From assembly GCA_964019335.1 (NCBI GenBank), contig OZ025694.1, forward strand, positions 310,001 to 374,000: DNA of 64,000 nt, in the 5' to 3' direction. Origin of the DNA: Diplonema japonicum. Taxonomy: Eukaryota; Protista; Euglenozoa: Diplonemea. Numbering within the stretch: the stretch's first letter is position 1; every line of letters starts with the position of its first letter. Below, piece after piece: positions 45,361-55,301 of the stretch. The notes below the pieces were generated by a model. That model was not told the origin of the DNA and did not search any database. It saw nothing but the letters and a program-made list of their open reading frames with translations. A program made the translations under genes and the position numbers.

Positions 45361-45690
45361 GGTGGGGATAACACAGAAATATGGAAATATAAAGAAGTAC
45401 ATCAGATGTGTTGTTCGCTGTTGACCTCCTCGTCGGTCATCACGGTAGCGCCCGAGTGGAAGAACGTATCGCAGATGCTCAGGGTGACGAACAGGCAGCA
45501 AACTGCACGGGCTCAGAATCTTGGTTACCAGGGGCACCATGGCGTGGGGTTGAGCTGCACACCGCACGCATTAAGGACACGACGCGGAATGCAGAAGAAG
45601 CTACAACTAGGCCGAGGCGCGCCCCCTGTAATCAAGTAGACGATACTTGGGCGCCCTGCCACATACTGCAGGCACCCTTAAATAGTCTCT
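45361..45690 (+). repeat. SINE-like repeat with fixed GGTGGGGATAAC start
   Basis: Variably deleted copies at 19576-19767, 58671-58980, 47888-48080, 11648-11679 and 28755-28885. Confidence 0.75.
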
Positions 45691-48153
45691 TTTTTTTTTT
45701 TTTTTTTTTTTTTTGCTTTGAACAAGAAAAAAACAATATAATATTATATTTGACAATGAATTGTTAGTGCTAAAAAGAGTAGTGGTAGCAGCTGCTGGGC
45801 TTATCCTTCTACAGGTTAACCCCCGGCTGTGCACAAACAAAAAAGTCATTTTACTTTTTTATTGACTTATTCACTCTTCTGAAACTACTTTACGCTCTCG
45901 GGGGTTCATTACTTCACGGTGAAATAATAACTTATTTTTCCCGTGAAGTAATAGGGGTTTCTGGTAAATAATATGCCTTCAGTTCTCCAGTGGGGCAAAA
46001 GACTTCAAAATGCTGACAGCAACTCTTAGTCAACAAAAGGAGGAAAAACAACTTTGTATTGTAATCTTTGTAGCCCCTCTCTTTTGCCCTCTCGTGGTGA
46101 AAAGGTCATTTCAGAGTGTCGTGAATAAAACCACTTACCAAACGCCAAGGTATGGCTTTACAGTCCTCTGGTTCCGTATTTTACCTTCTACCTACCTTCG
46201 GAGGGCCGAGAGATGGTAAAGGTACCTGGTAAAGGCATTACTTGTTGGTAGTAAATAGCTATTTTTTTTTTTTTTTTTTTTTTTTGCGAGGGAAAAACGA
46301 ACAGATTTTGATATATAAAATTGGGAACTGGCTAGCTCCACTGACCCTTTCTTCTTCTTCCCCCCCCCCCCCCTCCCCGCCAACAACTACATATATATTT
46401 TAATAAACCTTTCTTTGGACCTACCCACCTGTCCCCGACAAAGCATTCGTTTGCACTGCTTTAAATACCCGGGAATAAAGAGGTGGGTATTATAGTAGAA
46501 GAAATCGTCCCCCCCCCCCCCCCCCCCCTCTTAGCTGATCCAATATGTGGAAAATGGTCGGGGGAAAAAAAGGGGATGAAAGAAGTAAAAATAAAATAAA
46601 AAGGTGTTTCTACCAGCCCACCTGAAATTATGCGATATTTTAATTACTTTCAAACTGAAGAGATTCGTGTGTTTAGTGTTCTGTTTTGAGTGGCTTTTTT
46701 TTTTTTTTTTTTTTTTTTTGACCCCGCCTACTCTACAAGCTGTAGTAGCAGCATTGTTGGTCTAGTCATTTCTACAACTTGAAAGTAAGATAAGGAAAAA
46801 AAAAAAGAAGAAATGAAACATATTTTATTTGTACCGTCCTTGTCAACATTTCCGTATACAAGGCAGAGTGACCCCCTTAATTTGTCGTTCCCCCCCCCTT
46901 TTTTTTCCTACTTTTGTTTTAAGTGTTTCTGGACACAAGCCCCCTCGTTTCACGTGGGTATATTCCCTTTTTACAGGTTTATAAATAATATTTATAAAAA
47001 ATACCTTTTCCATGAGCCTCGCACACCCTTATTATTATTCTCATTGTGACATATGGTGGACAAAGCACGCATCAGAACCTTCTGAGCCTTGGGAAGGCAT
47101 CAAGTGCTTTGCAATTTGCCAGAATAGTGCGGCTCTCCCTCCCCCCTCACACGTTCCTTTTTTTACAATTCACATTTTTCTCGGTTTTCAATTTCCCAGT
47201 GGCGAAGAATTCCAGCTTTTTTCAAAACAAAACAAAACAAAAAAAAAAGAACAAAGAAAAAAAAAAAAATTTCCACGAAAATCATACTGATGTCCGAAAA
47301 AAGAAAAAGAAAAAGAAAAATGCCTTTTCTTCAACCCATATTTGTTGCAGATTCGTCAAGTGCAGTGAATGCTCAATTGACAAAAGGGTATTTAAAAAAA
47401 AAGAAGGAAAAAGAAAAGAGTCAGTTTTAGCATTTGTTTGCACACGGTATAAGTCCCTGGGATAAATACTGCATGCTATCACGGGAAATAACTTGTCACA
47501 TTACAGGTTCCCCCTTTTAGGGGTCACGTATTTTCTTCTTTTTTTTTTTTCTTTTTCGTTTTTCTTTTTTTTAAAGTTATTCTGTGGGGTGGTCATTGCG
47601 AAAACCTTTTCGCCCTCTCCCACACAATGAAAGAAAAATTAGGAGGAAAACAAAAAAGAAAAAAAGAAACAAGCAAAAAAAAAAAGAAGTTTTCTTTTAT
47701 ATATTCTTCTTCACTTTGGGCTTTCCCCGCGCCCAGCCCATCGAGTTTTCTCTCTCTCTCTCTCTCTTTTTTTTTATATTTTATTCTTTTTTTATATTCT
47801 TTATGTATTGTTCAAAATGCTGTTTGCAGAGACAGTAGTCGCCCTGTTACCCATGAGGTGCTTGCCTTACGGATATTTTTCTTTCTGCTCGGCCGAGGAG
47901 CGCCCCCTGTAATCAAGTAGGTAGTTCGTGCTTCATTGCCCGCTTAACGCCACCTAGTGTTGCAATCAAAGCCCCATTTCTTTTTTTTTTTTTTTTTTCT
48001 CTCTCTCCCCTCACACAAGTTTTCTTTTTTTTTTTTTTCAGGCGTCCTGCCACATAACGCAGGTACCCTCAAATGTCTCTTTTTTTTTTTTTTTTTTTTT
48101 TTTTGTATTCTTCTCAACACATACAACAGGGCAACAAAAAAAAAAAAAAGAAA

Positions 48154-50865
48154 ATGTGTGGAGTAGTAAAAGACAAAGGCTATGAACAAATGGTGCACAA
48201 CGCCATGGAGCAGGTAAAGAAGGTCCTGTCAGTTGAAAGGACCCCGAAGCTCCCTGAGGAGGTACATCATAAGTACGATGACAAATTCGCATTGGCAGAG
48301 TTCTTGGTAGAAGCGGCGGTCCCTGCTCAGTTACATTGCCTGGAGATCCTGGGTCTAGGCAAGGACGGCCTGAGCAAGGCGAGGGAAAAGTGCTGCGAGC
48401 AAAAAAAAACAGTAACACTCCGCTTCACATCAGAGGAACGGTGCACTTTTATAAAAGAAGAGACCAAAACTGTAAGTAACCCGACAAAAAATGTCACAGA
48501 AGTGGGCATAGGTGCTACTATCAAGAGAATCACCTCCAAGTCCACCATGAAGGTCACCACGTGGCACTGGAACTTCGAGGTAGCCTATCAATGCTTCGCT
48601 TACTTTGGGACGGATCCAAATGACAAGGTAGACATTTTTTCAAGAAACACGTCGCTCACGTTGGAAATGCCGTCGTCGTCCCGTCCCCGTCCTGCCCACC
48701 ACCTCACAACCCCGATCGATGTCAATGTGAACTGGCTGTTCACAAACCTTTCACCTGATCTAACCTTTGTGTTCAGTATTGACAGATCTGTTGACACCTG
48801 CCGCACACCAAGACGCAATGTTGACATCGAATCCGCATTATCGCATTTCCGTCTCCTGTCGCATTGGTCTCAAGGGGTGAACGATTACTTCCTCCACAAT
48901 GTTTTTCGGCTCGAATCAAAACACGGGATGGACCTCAACATGCTGAACACTGTTTCGTTACTGAACCCTGTCCTTCCCCTCATGGAGAGGCAGCCTGTCG
49001 ATCAGAGGAAGAACAGCGCTATCAAATCCAGCGCCGTCACGGAAGGGGGCATCCTCACTATTAGGGTTTCCCGCCGTGCTATTGAAACTGAAACAGTTGT
49101 GCTGTCTCCCGACGATTTGAATAATCTCCTCGGCGAACAGAAACGGGCCATCACGGAAAAGCTTGCCGACGTCGCGAAATGTTACCCAGCTTCATCATCT
49201 GACACAGGCATCGTGACCGCCCTCGAGGGTACCATCTGCATCGTCGCACAGTACATTTCAACCATTTACAGTTATTTCTCCGGCGGTATCGACTATCTTG
49301 AAGAGCTTCTCAGAAAACAGCTCATTTCCGCGATTGGGAAGATTGTTACATCCTCCGATTTCACAAAGTACATGGAGTACCACAACAGAAAGCTGTTCAA
49401 GGAGCAGTATCAACCTAGCATGTTCAGCTACGCCGTGAGAAGGGAGGGCTACCACCCCGATGGTGTCCTTTCCATCGAAGCGGCACTAGACGACGGCAGC
49501 ATGATGAAGGAGATCAACACCATCGCCAGCGTCGGGGAGGCTTCCATGAAGTTCGACATCAACGCAGCGTGTCAGGTTAGGTTCACGGGGAAGAGGTACC
49601 TTCACTCCTACGTGTGCAACCAGTTTTCAAACGACCTATCGGTACAACTGCATCTCAAAGCCCGCGCGACACAGTTTTGCTCGTTCGTCTTAGTACTCGG
49701 CCGGATAGGATCCAACGAGCTGTTCCTCCCTTCCCACGCTGTTCTTGTTAAAAACAAGGATGAGCTAGACATCCCTCTCATGCTGGAGACGATTCCTACC
49801 AAGAAAGAGTTCGAAAAGGCTATTAAGTCGATCTCTCCGGAAATGCAGCGATTCGCGACAGCATACCGTGCCATGCAGATGGAGGCGACCCTCTTCGGTG
49901 TTGCTGTGTTCCAGGTCAAGCCGCAGATGGAGAAGGTGCTCAACCTCCCCGACGAGTCCCTCACAAAGGAGATTCAACTAAGCCTGGACCTGACCGAGCT
50001 CCTCGTGAAGTACCAAATCCCATCCGACCTATTGTCATTCCAACAGAACTACGGCGACGCGGAAAAAGACACCACAGAGAAAGTAGGATGCGTCAAGACA
50101 TATGCAGAGAACATGAAAGAGATGCTCCGTGAAGTGAAGAAGAGTCAGATTGACAATGTGGCTCAACAGCTGTCAAGGAATTCGTCGATCGTCACACCGG
50201 AGATGGAGCAGGAGTGCTGCCAGCGCTACATGTCAGAAGATGAGGACATGGGTATGGATGAAGAATGCTTTTCTGCAGGCATGGAGCTGCAGGCGGACGT
50301 GGAAGAAGAGTGCTGCCTTGATGAGGACTGCAGTGAGAGTCTTGCAGAGCAAGAAGAAATGGAAGTTCAGAGCCAGGACGCGAGCCCCGAAAAAGAAACG
50401 ACTCCCACAGAAAGAGAGGAAGTACCGTCAACTTCTTTAGACATCATTGCCGTCCCTCACAAGATGGAGGAAGGTATCGCTGCTTTGGGTGAGGCTGCTA
50501 GTCTGCGCCCCACGATTATCCACCTCTCAGAGGAATGGCAGCGACTACGCCAAGGTGGGCTTCTTGCCAAGCCGCGTATGCAGAATTTAGACACCGACGA
50601 CATGAGGGAGGAAAAGTCCAGCGCGTTTGACCTTATTGAGTCCCTTACAAAATCCGGCCTCCTCTCTTTTGACAATGTCGATATGCATGTGGTGGTGGCC
50701 AGCACGCACTGCTTCGACCTTACAGTTATGGACACGCTTGTCATCGACAATGTTAACCCCATTGAAAAGGTCCAGCAAGCTACCCTTGTGCTTGCTTCCG
50801 TCGTGCACGGCAAGAATGAGGCTGAGCTGGTTGAACATGCAGAGAAGCTGATCCAGAAGAATTAA
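48154..50865 (+). CDS. Hypothetical soluble protein of about 900 aa with an acidic, Cys-containing insert near the C-terminus
   Basis: Long clean ORF. The ATG at 48154 follows a poly-T tract, a CAG and an A-rich leader. No motif I can name. Confidence 0.8.
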   Translation: MCGVVKDKGYEQMVHNAMEQVKKVLSVERTPKLPEEVHHKYDDKFALAEFLVEAAVPAQLHCLEILGLGKDGLSKAREKCCEQKKTVTLRFTSEERCTFIKEETKTVSNPTKNVTEVGIGATIKRITSKSTMKVTTWHWNFEVAYQCFAYFGTDPNDKVDIFSRNTSLTLEMPSSSRPRPAHHLTTPIDVNVNWLFTNLSPDLTFVFSIDRSVDTCRTPRRNVDIESALSHFRLLSHWSQGVNDYFLHNVFRLESKHGMDLNMLNTVSLLNPVLPLMERQPVDQRKNSAIKSSAVTEGGILTIRVSRRAIETETVVLSPDDLNNLLGEQKRAITEKLADVAKCYPASSSDTGIVTALEGTICIVAQYISTIYSYFSGGIDYLEELLRKQLISAIGKIVTSSDFTKYMEYHNRKLFKEQYQPSMFSYAVRREGYHPDGVLSIEAALDDGSMMKEINTIASVGEASMKFDINAACQVRFTGKRYLHSYVCNQFSNDLSVQLHLKARATQFCSFVLVLGRIGSNELFLPSHAVLVKNKDELDIPLMLETIPTKKEFEKAIKSISPEMQRFATAYRAMQMEATLFGVAVFQVKPQMEKVLNLPDESLTKEIQLSLDLTELLVKYQIPSDLLSFQQNYGDAEKDTTEKVGCVKTYAENMKEMLREVKKSQIDNVAQQLSRNSSIVTPEMEQECCQRYMSEDEDMGMDEECFSAGMELQADVEEECCLDEDCSESLAEQEEMEVQSQDASPEKETTPTEREEVPSTSLDIIAVPHKMEEGIAALGEAASLRPTIIHLSEEWQRLRQGGLLAKPRMQNLDTDDMREEKSSAFDLIESLTKSGLLSFDNVDMHVVVASTHCFDLTVMDTLVIDNVNPIEKVQQATLVLASVVHGKNEAELVEHAEKLIQKN

Positions 50866-51459
50866 AGAATTAAAAAAAAAAAAAAGGAAGAGAGTGTTGT
50901 TACTTTGTCTAGCCCCTTTATTTTATTTTTGCCAACGTTGGAATAACAAAGTGTGTGGGGGTGGTGGTGGGGGGTATTAAAATGCAGCAAAAAAAATAAA
51001 AATGAGACAACGAGAAAAAAAAAAAAAAAAAGCAGATTTACAAAACCATTTCTTTTATCCCCTAACCTTTTTCTTTTTATCTTCTGTGAGTCTATGCTTT
51101 TTTTTTCTTCTTCTTTTTTTTTCTGACATTATGATATTTTGTCAGCACTTCGTCAACAATGGGGCGCGGGGCTGATGTTGAAACGTTTTTTTTAAAAGAA
51201 AATACACACACACACACACACACATAAGAAGAAGAAGAAAAAAAAGAAATCTTTCACTTTCCCTTGCCTCTTTTTTCACCCTCCTTTTTCTTCTCCCCTC
51301 CCCGGTTGATTTCCTCTCGATTTTATTTCCCCCCCCCTTTCTTTTTTATTATTGAAACAAAACAAACAAAACAAAAAAAAAAGAAAAGAAAACCCCAAAA
51401 AAAAAGGCGGTTGGTGGTGGTGGTGGTGGTGGGGGGAGAGAGGCGGCGGAGGAGCCCTA

Positions 51460-51497
<38 letters not shown>

Positions 51498-51500
51498 ACA

Positions 51501-52616
51501 ATGTACGTACCGACGGAAACGGAAGGTCTCATCCTTGCCTTCGTGTCTATGGTGTGTTGGGGAAGCTGGAGCAATCTGTTAAAGGTAGCCGATGGGGTGA
51601 GATTTGAAATATTCTACATCGATTTCTGCATAGGCATGTTGCTGTGCAGCATCTTAGCGGCCGCATCCTTTGGAGAGATCGACCTGGGCGAGGGCGACGG
51701 CAGCGCAGCAGACCTGAACCACACGATAAAGGTAATGTCAGAAGAACTCCCAGGAGACGGCGAAAAAATCCTTTGGGCCACCATATCAGGTGCAGTGTTC
51801 AACCTCTCAAATATACTCTTAGTCAACGGCATTACAATCTCAGGCATGGTGGTCGCATTTCCTTTGGGAGTAGGCACCGCTCTCGTCCTAGGAACCATCT
51901 TGACATACATAACCGACACTGAAGGAAACCCTTTTATGCTGTTTAGCGGGGTCGCCTTGGGGTTCCTAGCAGTCTGCGCCGTATCTCTCACATACCGTTC
52001 AAAGGAAAAAGACCACATGATAGAAAGGCTTCAAAACGGGGAGAAGTACGCGAGCATGGAGTCCGACGACACAGAAGATACAGTTCTCACCAAATCGCCC
52101 AGTCCTGTGGGGGTTGCAAAACCGGTCAGCAACCGTAAAGCAATTGCAGTATGCCTTATTAGCGGGGTTTTAATGGGTTGCTGGGCACCCCTAATCGTAC
52201 AAGCGCAGGAGGGATCAAACGGGCTCAGTCCTTACGGCGCGTTGGTGTGGTTTCAAGTCGGGGTTCTTTTCAGCATGTTTATTTTCTTAACTCCATTAAT
52301 GCGCAGGCCTTTAACCAACGATCCTCCTGTGTGGTGGTCTGCATACACTGGGACGGGATCTTGCACAACACATACCCTTGGGCTTCTTTCTGGGATTATA
52401 TGGCATGTTGGCACAACGTGCAACATTCTTGGTGGGTCTGTGTTGGGGTTTGCGATTTCCTATGCTATTGGACAGTCGGCCCCTATGGTAGCCTCGTTGT
52501 GGGGGCTGCTCGTGTGGAAGGAGTTTACGAAGACATCGTTTTGTACTAGAGTGGGGTTGGTGTCTGTCTTTGCGCTGTACGCTGGTGCGATTACTCTTAT
52601 CGCGCTCAGCAAATGA
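51501..52616 (+). CDS. Ureide-permease-like/GRP-family DMT superfamily transporter (about 10 TM)
   Basis: SMVCWGSWSNLLK, RFEIFYIDF, AFPLGVGTALVLGT and SYAIGQSAPMVASLWGLLVWKEF; two 5-TM halves. ATG at 51501; the upstream extension is homopolymer-derived. Confidence 0.85.
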   Translation: MYVPTETEGLILAFVSMVCWGSWSNLLKVADGVRFEIFYIDFCIGMLLCSILAAASFGEIDLGEGDGSAADLNHTIKVMSEELPGDGEKILWATISGAVFNLSNILLVNGITISGMVVAFPLGVGTALVLGTILTYITDTEGNPFMLFSGVALGFLAVCAVSLTYRSKEKDHMIERLQNGEKYASMESDDTEDTVLTKSPSPVGVAKPVSNRKAIAVCLISGVLMGCWAPLIVQAQEGSNGLSPYGALVWFQVGVLFSMFIFLTPLMRRPLTNDPPVWWSAYTGTGSCTTHTLGLLSGIIWHVGTTCNILGGSVLGFAISYAIGQSAPMVASLWGLLVWKEFTKTSFCTRVGLVSVFALYAGAITLIALSK

Positions 52617-53241
52617 AGAAATAAAAAAAAAAAAAGAAAAAAAGAAGTTCAGAATTATAGATGGTTTCAATCGATGTTTTTTTTTTTTCGTTAATAGGGG
52701 GTGTAATAAATTAAGTTTTCTTTCTTTGTCTTGTGGTACTCGCGTGCATTTGTGTACTTTTGCGACACCCCCCAAAAAAAAAATAAAAAGGACTGTTCTT
52801 GAGGGAGAGGGGAGGAAGAGGTCTTTTTTTTTTTTTTCGAAGTGTGATAAACCTTGGACAAAATCACAAAGCAATCTCTTTATTAGGTAAATAGATTTGT
52901 GTACAAAAAAAGAAAATAGGAGAGGACCCTAACTAAAATAGGAGCACCGAGCAATAGGTCTATACAAATTAATACAAACGTTAAAAAAAAAGAAAAAAGC
53001 CGAGTACCTAATAACCTCACAGTTTTTTTTATATTTCGTCTTTTTTTTTTTTTTTTTTTCTGCCGAGAGAGGGGGAGGGGCAAGAGCAAACCCGCAAACC
53101 TTCCCCTCTCCTTAACATGGTTCAATTTTTTGTTTTATTTTTTTTTCTCCTTTTCTTTCCCCCCCCCCATACCCATCAGACCTTTTTTTTTTCCCACCCC
53201 TCTTTTTTTTTTGCTGCCCCCCATTATTATTAGGAAAGAAA

Positions 53242-55173
53242 ATGCTGAATGGGTTAAAACAATGTAGTAAATTGCGACGAATGGCAACGTCGCTTGCGGT
53301 GGACAACCGTTCGTGCGAAAAGTATTTCATGATGATGGATGAATTGCGGTTTTTGTACTCGCCGCACGGTCTTAAGGACAGGGCGGGGTTGTGTATCGAC
53401 GTGACTGAGGAGCTGTTCGAGGTTTTGTTTTCGAGCAACAATGCGGCAGAGGGCCTGAACATAATAGACTCTATTAACAACACAATGTGCCTTTTGCTCG
53501 ACCCCGCAGAGGCTGTGAGAAACGTTCACCCATGTTCAATTTACAGAGGAACAGCGAGTTCCGCTTTTCAAACGGTTTACTCCGCTCTGTCTGAGATAAA
53601 TACGTCTAGGCGGCTTTACAACGTCATCGCAGATATCACCAAAGAGAGCAGTTTTGCAACGCTCTCTCCGATTCAAAAACAAAACGCGACGCTGCTTCGT
53701 GCAGAGATGGACGGGTCAGGAGCTTACCTCGATCAGGCATCTAGGTCACGCATCGCTTATTTATCAGCCGAGCAAGAACGGCTTTCCCACGACCTCACCA
53801 CCGCAAGTGAAGACGAAAATGATGTTTTGAATAATCTTCTTGACACCCGCCACAGTTTGGCTGCCACGTTGGGCCGGGAGTCCTACGCCTCGTGGGTTAT
53901 GGAGAACACACTCGTCGGGACGCCTCAGAACGCCTGGAAGTTTCTCAATAAGCTTTCCGAGGTCCACCGTCAAAAAGCGGAAAACGAGCTTAAACTCCTC
54001 ATCTCGTTGAAAAGCAAGGTCTTTAACAAACCGAACGCTTCCACCATCACCGACTACGAGCACAAAGAACTGGCTAACATCTACAAAACGCGGAAGTACG
54101 GCGCTGTTTTGAACAAACTGTCAGAATACTTATCGGTGGGCAATGCGTGGAGAGGCCTGCAACACTTGTGCAAGAAACTTTTCGACATTACAATGAAACC
54201 CGAAGTATGCATGGAGGAATGGGAGCGGTACCACCCGTCAGTTCAGAAATATGTACTGTACGAATCAAACGGTGCAGTGTTAGGGACAATCTACGCTGAT
54301 CTTCTGCAACGCCCCGACAAAATGCAAGGAGCAGGACACTTCACCATCCAGCTCGGGACAACACTGCACACCGATGTTCTGGACGAAATCGAAGTTGCAT
54401 ACCCAAGCGGGGGGCAGCAAAAACCAATTGTCATCTTTACCTGCAACGCGAAGGGCGGCGAAGGAAACATGGAATGGGAGTCGGTTCTGTTATCACCAGA
54501 CGAGCTTGCTACGCTCTTTCACGAATTCGGACATGCTTTGCACACTCTTTTCGGCCAACAGGAATACCAGAATCTATGCGGTACAAGGTCGAGCTTGGAC
54601 TTCGTCGAGATATTCTCACAAATGTTTGAGTACTTCGCACGGGACCACAGGGTGCTTCAAGAGTTCGCATGGCACCACAAAACAGGCGAGCCGATCCCTT
54701 CCGATCTCGTTGGACAGCTTAGGGAATCGGAAGATTGTTTCAAAGGCCTCGACACAGTTGACCAGCTTATCCTGTCCGGCGCTGACTTATCCTTCCACGG
54801 CCCTCGTCCTATGACGTTTACAACCCTTTCCGGTGATTCAGAAATTTGTACTCCTGAATCGGTTATACCCAGTTTGCTGCAACACCATACTCCTATCAAT
54901 GCAACGCTCAACGCGCTCAGGCAGTCCTACTCCGTGCAGCACATGAGTAACTACCCTGCTGCGTATTATTCGTATGCTTACTCGAAGGTCATTGCGGCGT
55001 CGCTGTGGGCGAAGCATTTCGAGGAGAACCCGTGGTGTGCAGAGGGGGGCAGGGCAGTCCGCACGTTAATGGGCCTCGGTGCGTCGATGAAGCCAAAAGA
55101 CATGCTTGCTACTGCTTTAAGCGAAACCGACGCATGCGAGATGTTAAACAACTTGGATTTGAGGTTGATGTAG
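53242..55173 (+). CDS. MIPEP: M3A metallopeptidase, mitochondrial intermediate peptidase-like
   Basis: TLFHEFGHALH zinc motif, GTR..LDFVE..SQ.FE, GTIYADL..RP.K..GA.HFTI, YYSY, and the MIP-like IDSINNTMC.LLDPAE.VRNVHP. Basic N-terminus. Confidence 0.85.
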   Translation: MLNGLKQCSKLRRMATSLAVDNRSCEKYFMMMDELRFLYSPHGLKDRAGLCIDVTEELFEVLFSSNNAAEGLNIIDSINNTMCLLLDPAEAVRNVHPCSIYRGTASSAFQTVYSALSEINTSRRLYNVIADITKESSFATLSPIQKQNATLLRAEMDGSGAYLDQASRSRIAYLSAEQERLSHDLTTASEDENDVLNNLLDTRHSLAATLGRESYASWVMENTLVGTPQNAWKFLNKLSEVHRQKAENELKLLISLKSKVFNKPNASTITDYEHKELANIYKTRKYGAVLNKLSEYLSVGNAWRGLQHLCKKLFDITMKPEVCMEEWERYHPSVQKYVLYESNGAVLGTIYADLLQRPDKMQGAGHFTIQLGTTLHTDVLDEIEVAYPSGGQQKPIVIFTCNAKGGEGNMEWESVLLSPDELATLFHEFGHALHTLFGQQEYQNLCGTRSSLDFVEIFSQMFEYFARDHRVLQEFAWHHKTGEPIPSDLVGQLRESEDCFKGLDTVDQLILSGADLSFHGPRPMTFTTLSGDSEICTPESVIPSLLQHHTPINATLNALRQSYSVQHMSNYPAAYYSYAYSKVIAASLWAKHFEENPWCAEGGRAVRTLMGLGASMKPKDMLATALSETDACEMLNNLDLRLM

Positions 55174-55301
55174 GCTTTTTATATTCTCTCTTTTTTTAAT
55201 ACCTCGTTTCATCAAAAAAAAAAAAAAAACAAGGAGGGAGGGAGGGTGGGGACGGGGGGGAGGGTGGGGTGTGAGGGTGGACACACCTTTTTCATTGTTA
55301 A

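Noticed and set aside
45540-45600. TPHALR as a tyrosine-recombinase HxLR motif
   Set aside because: No other recombinase motifs; it lies in a short repeat better explained as a LINE-derived tail.
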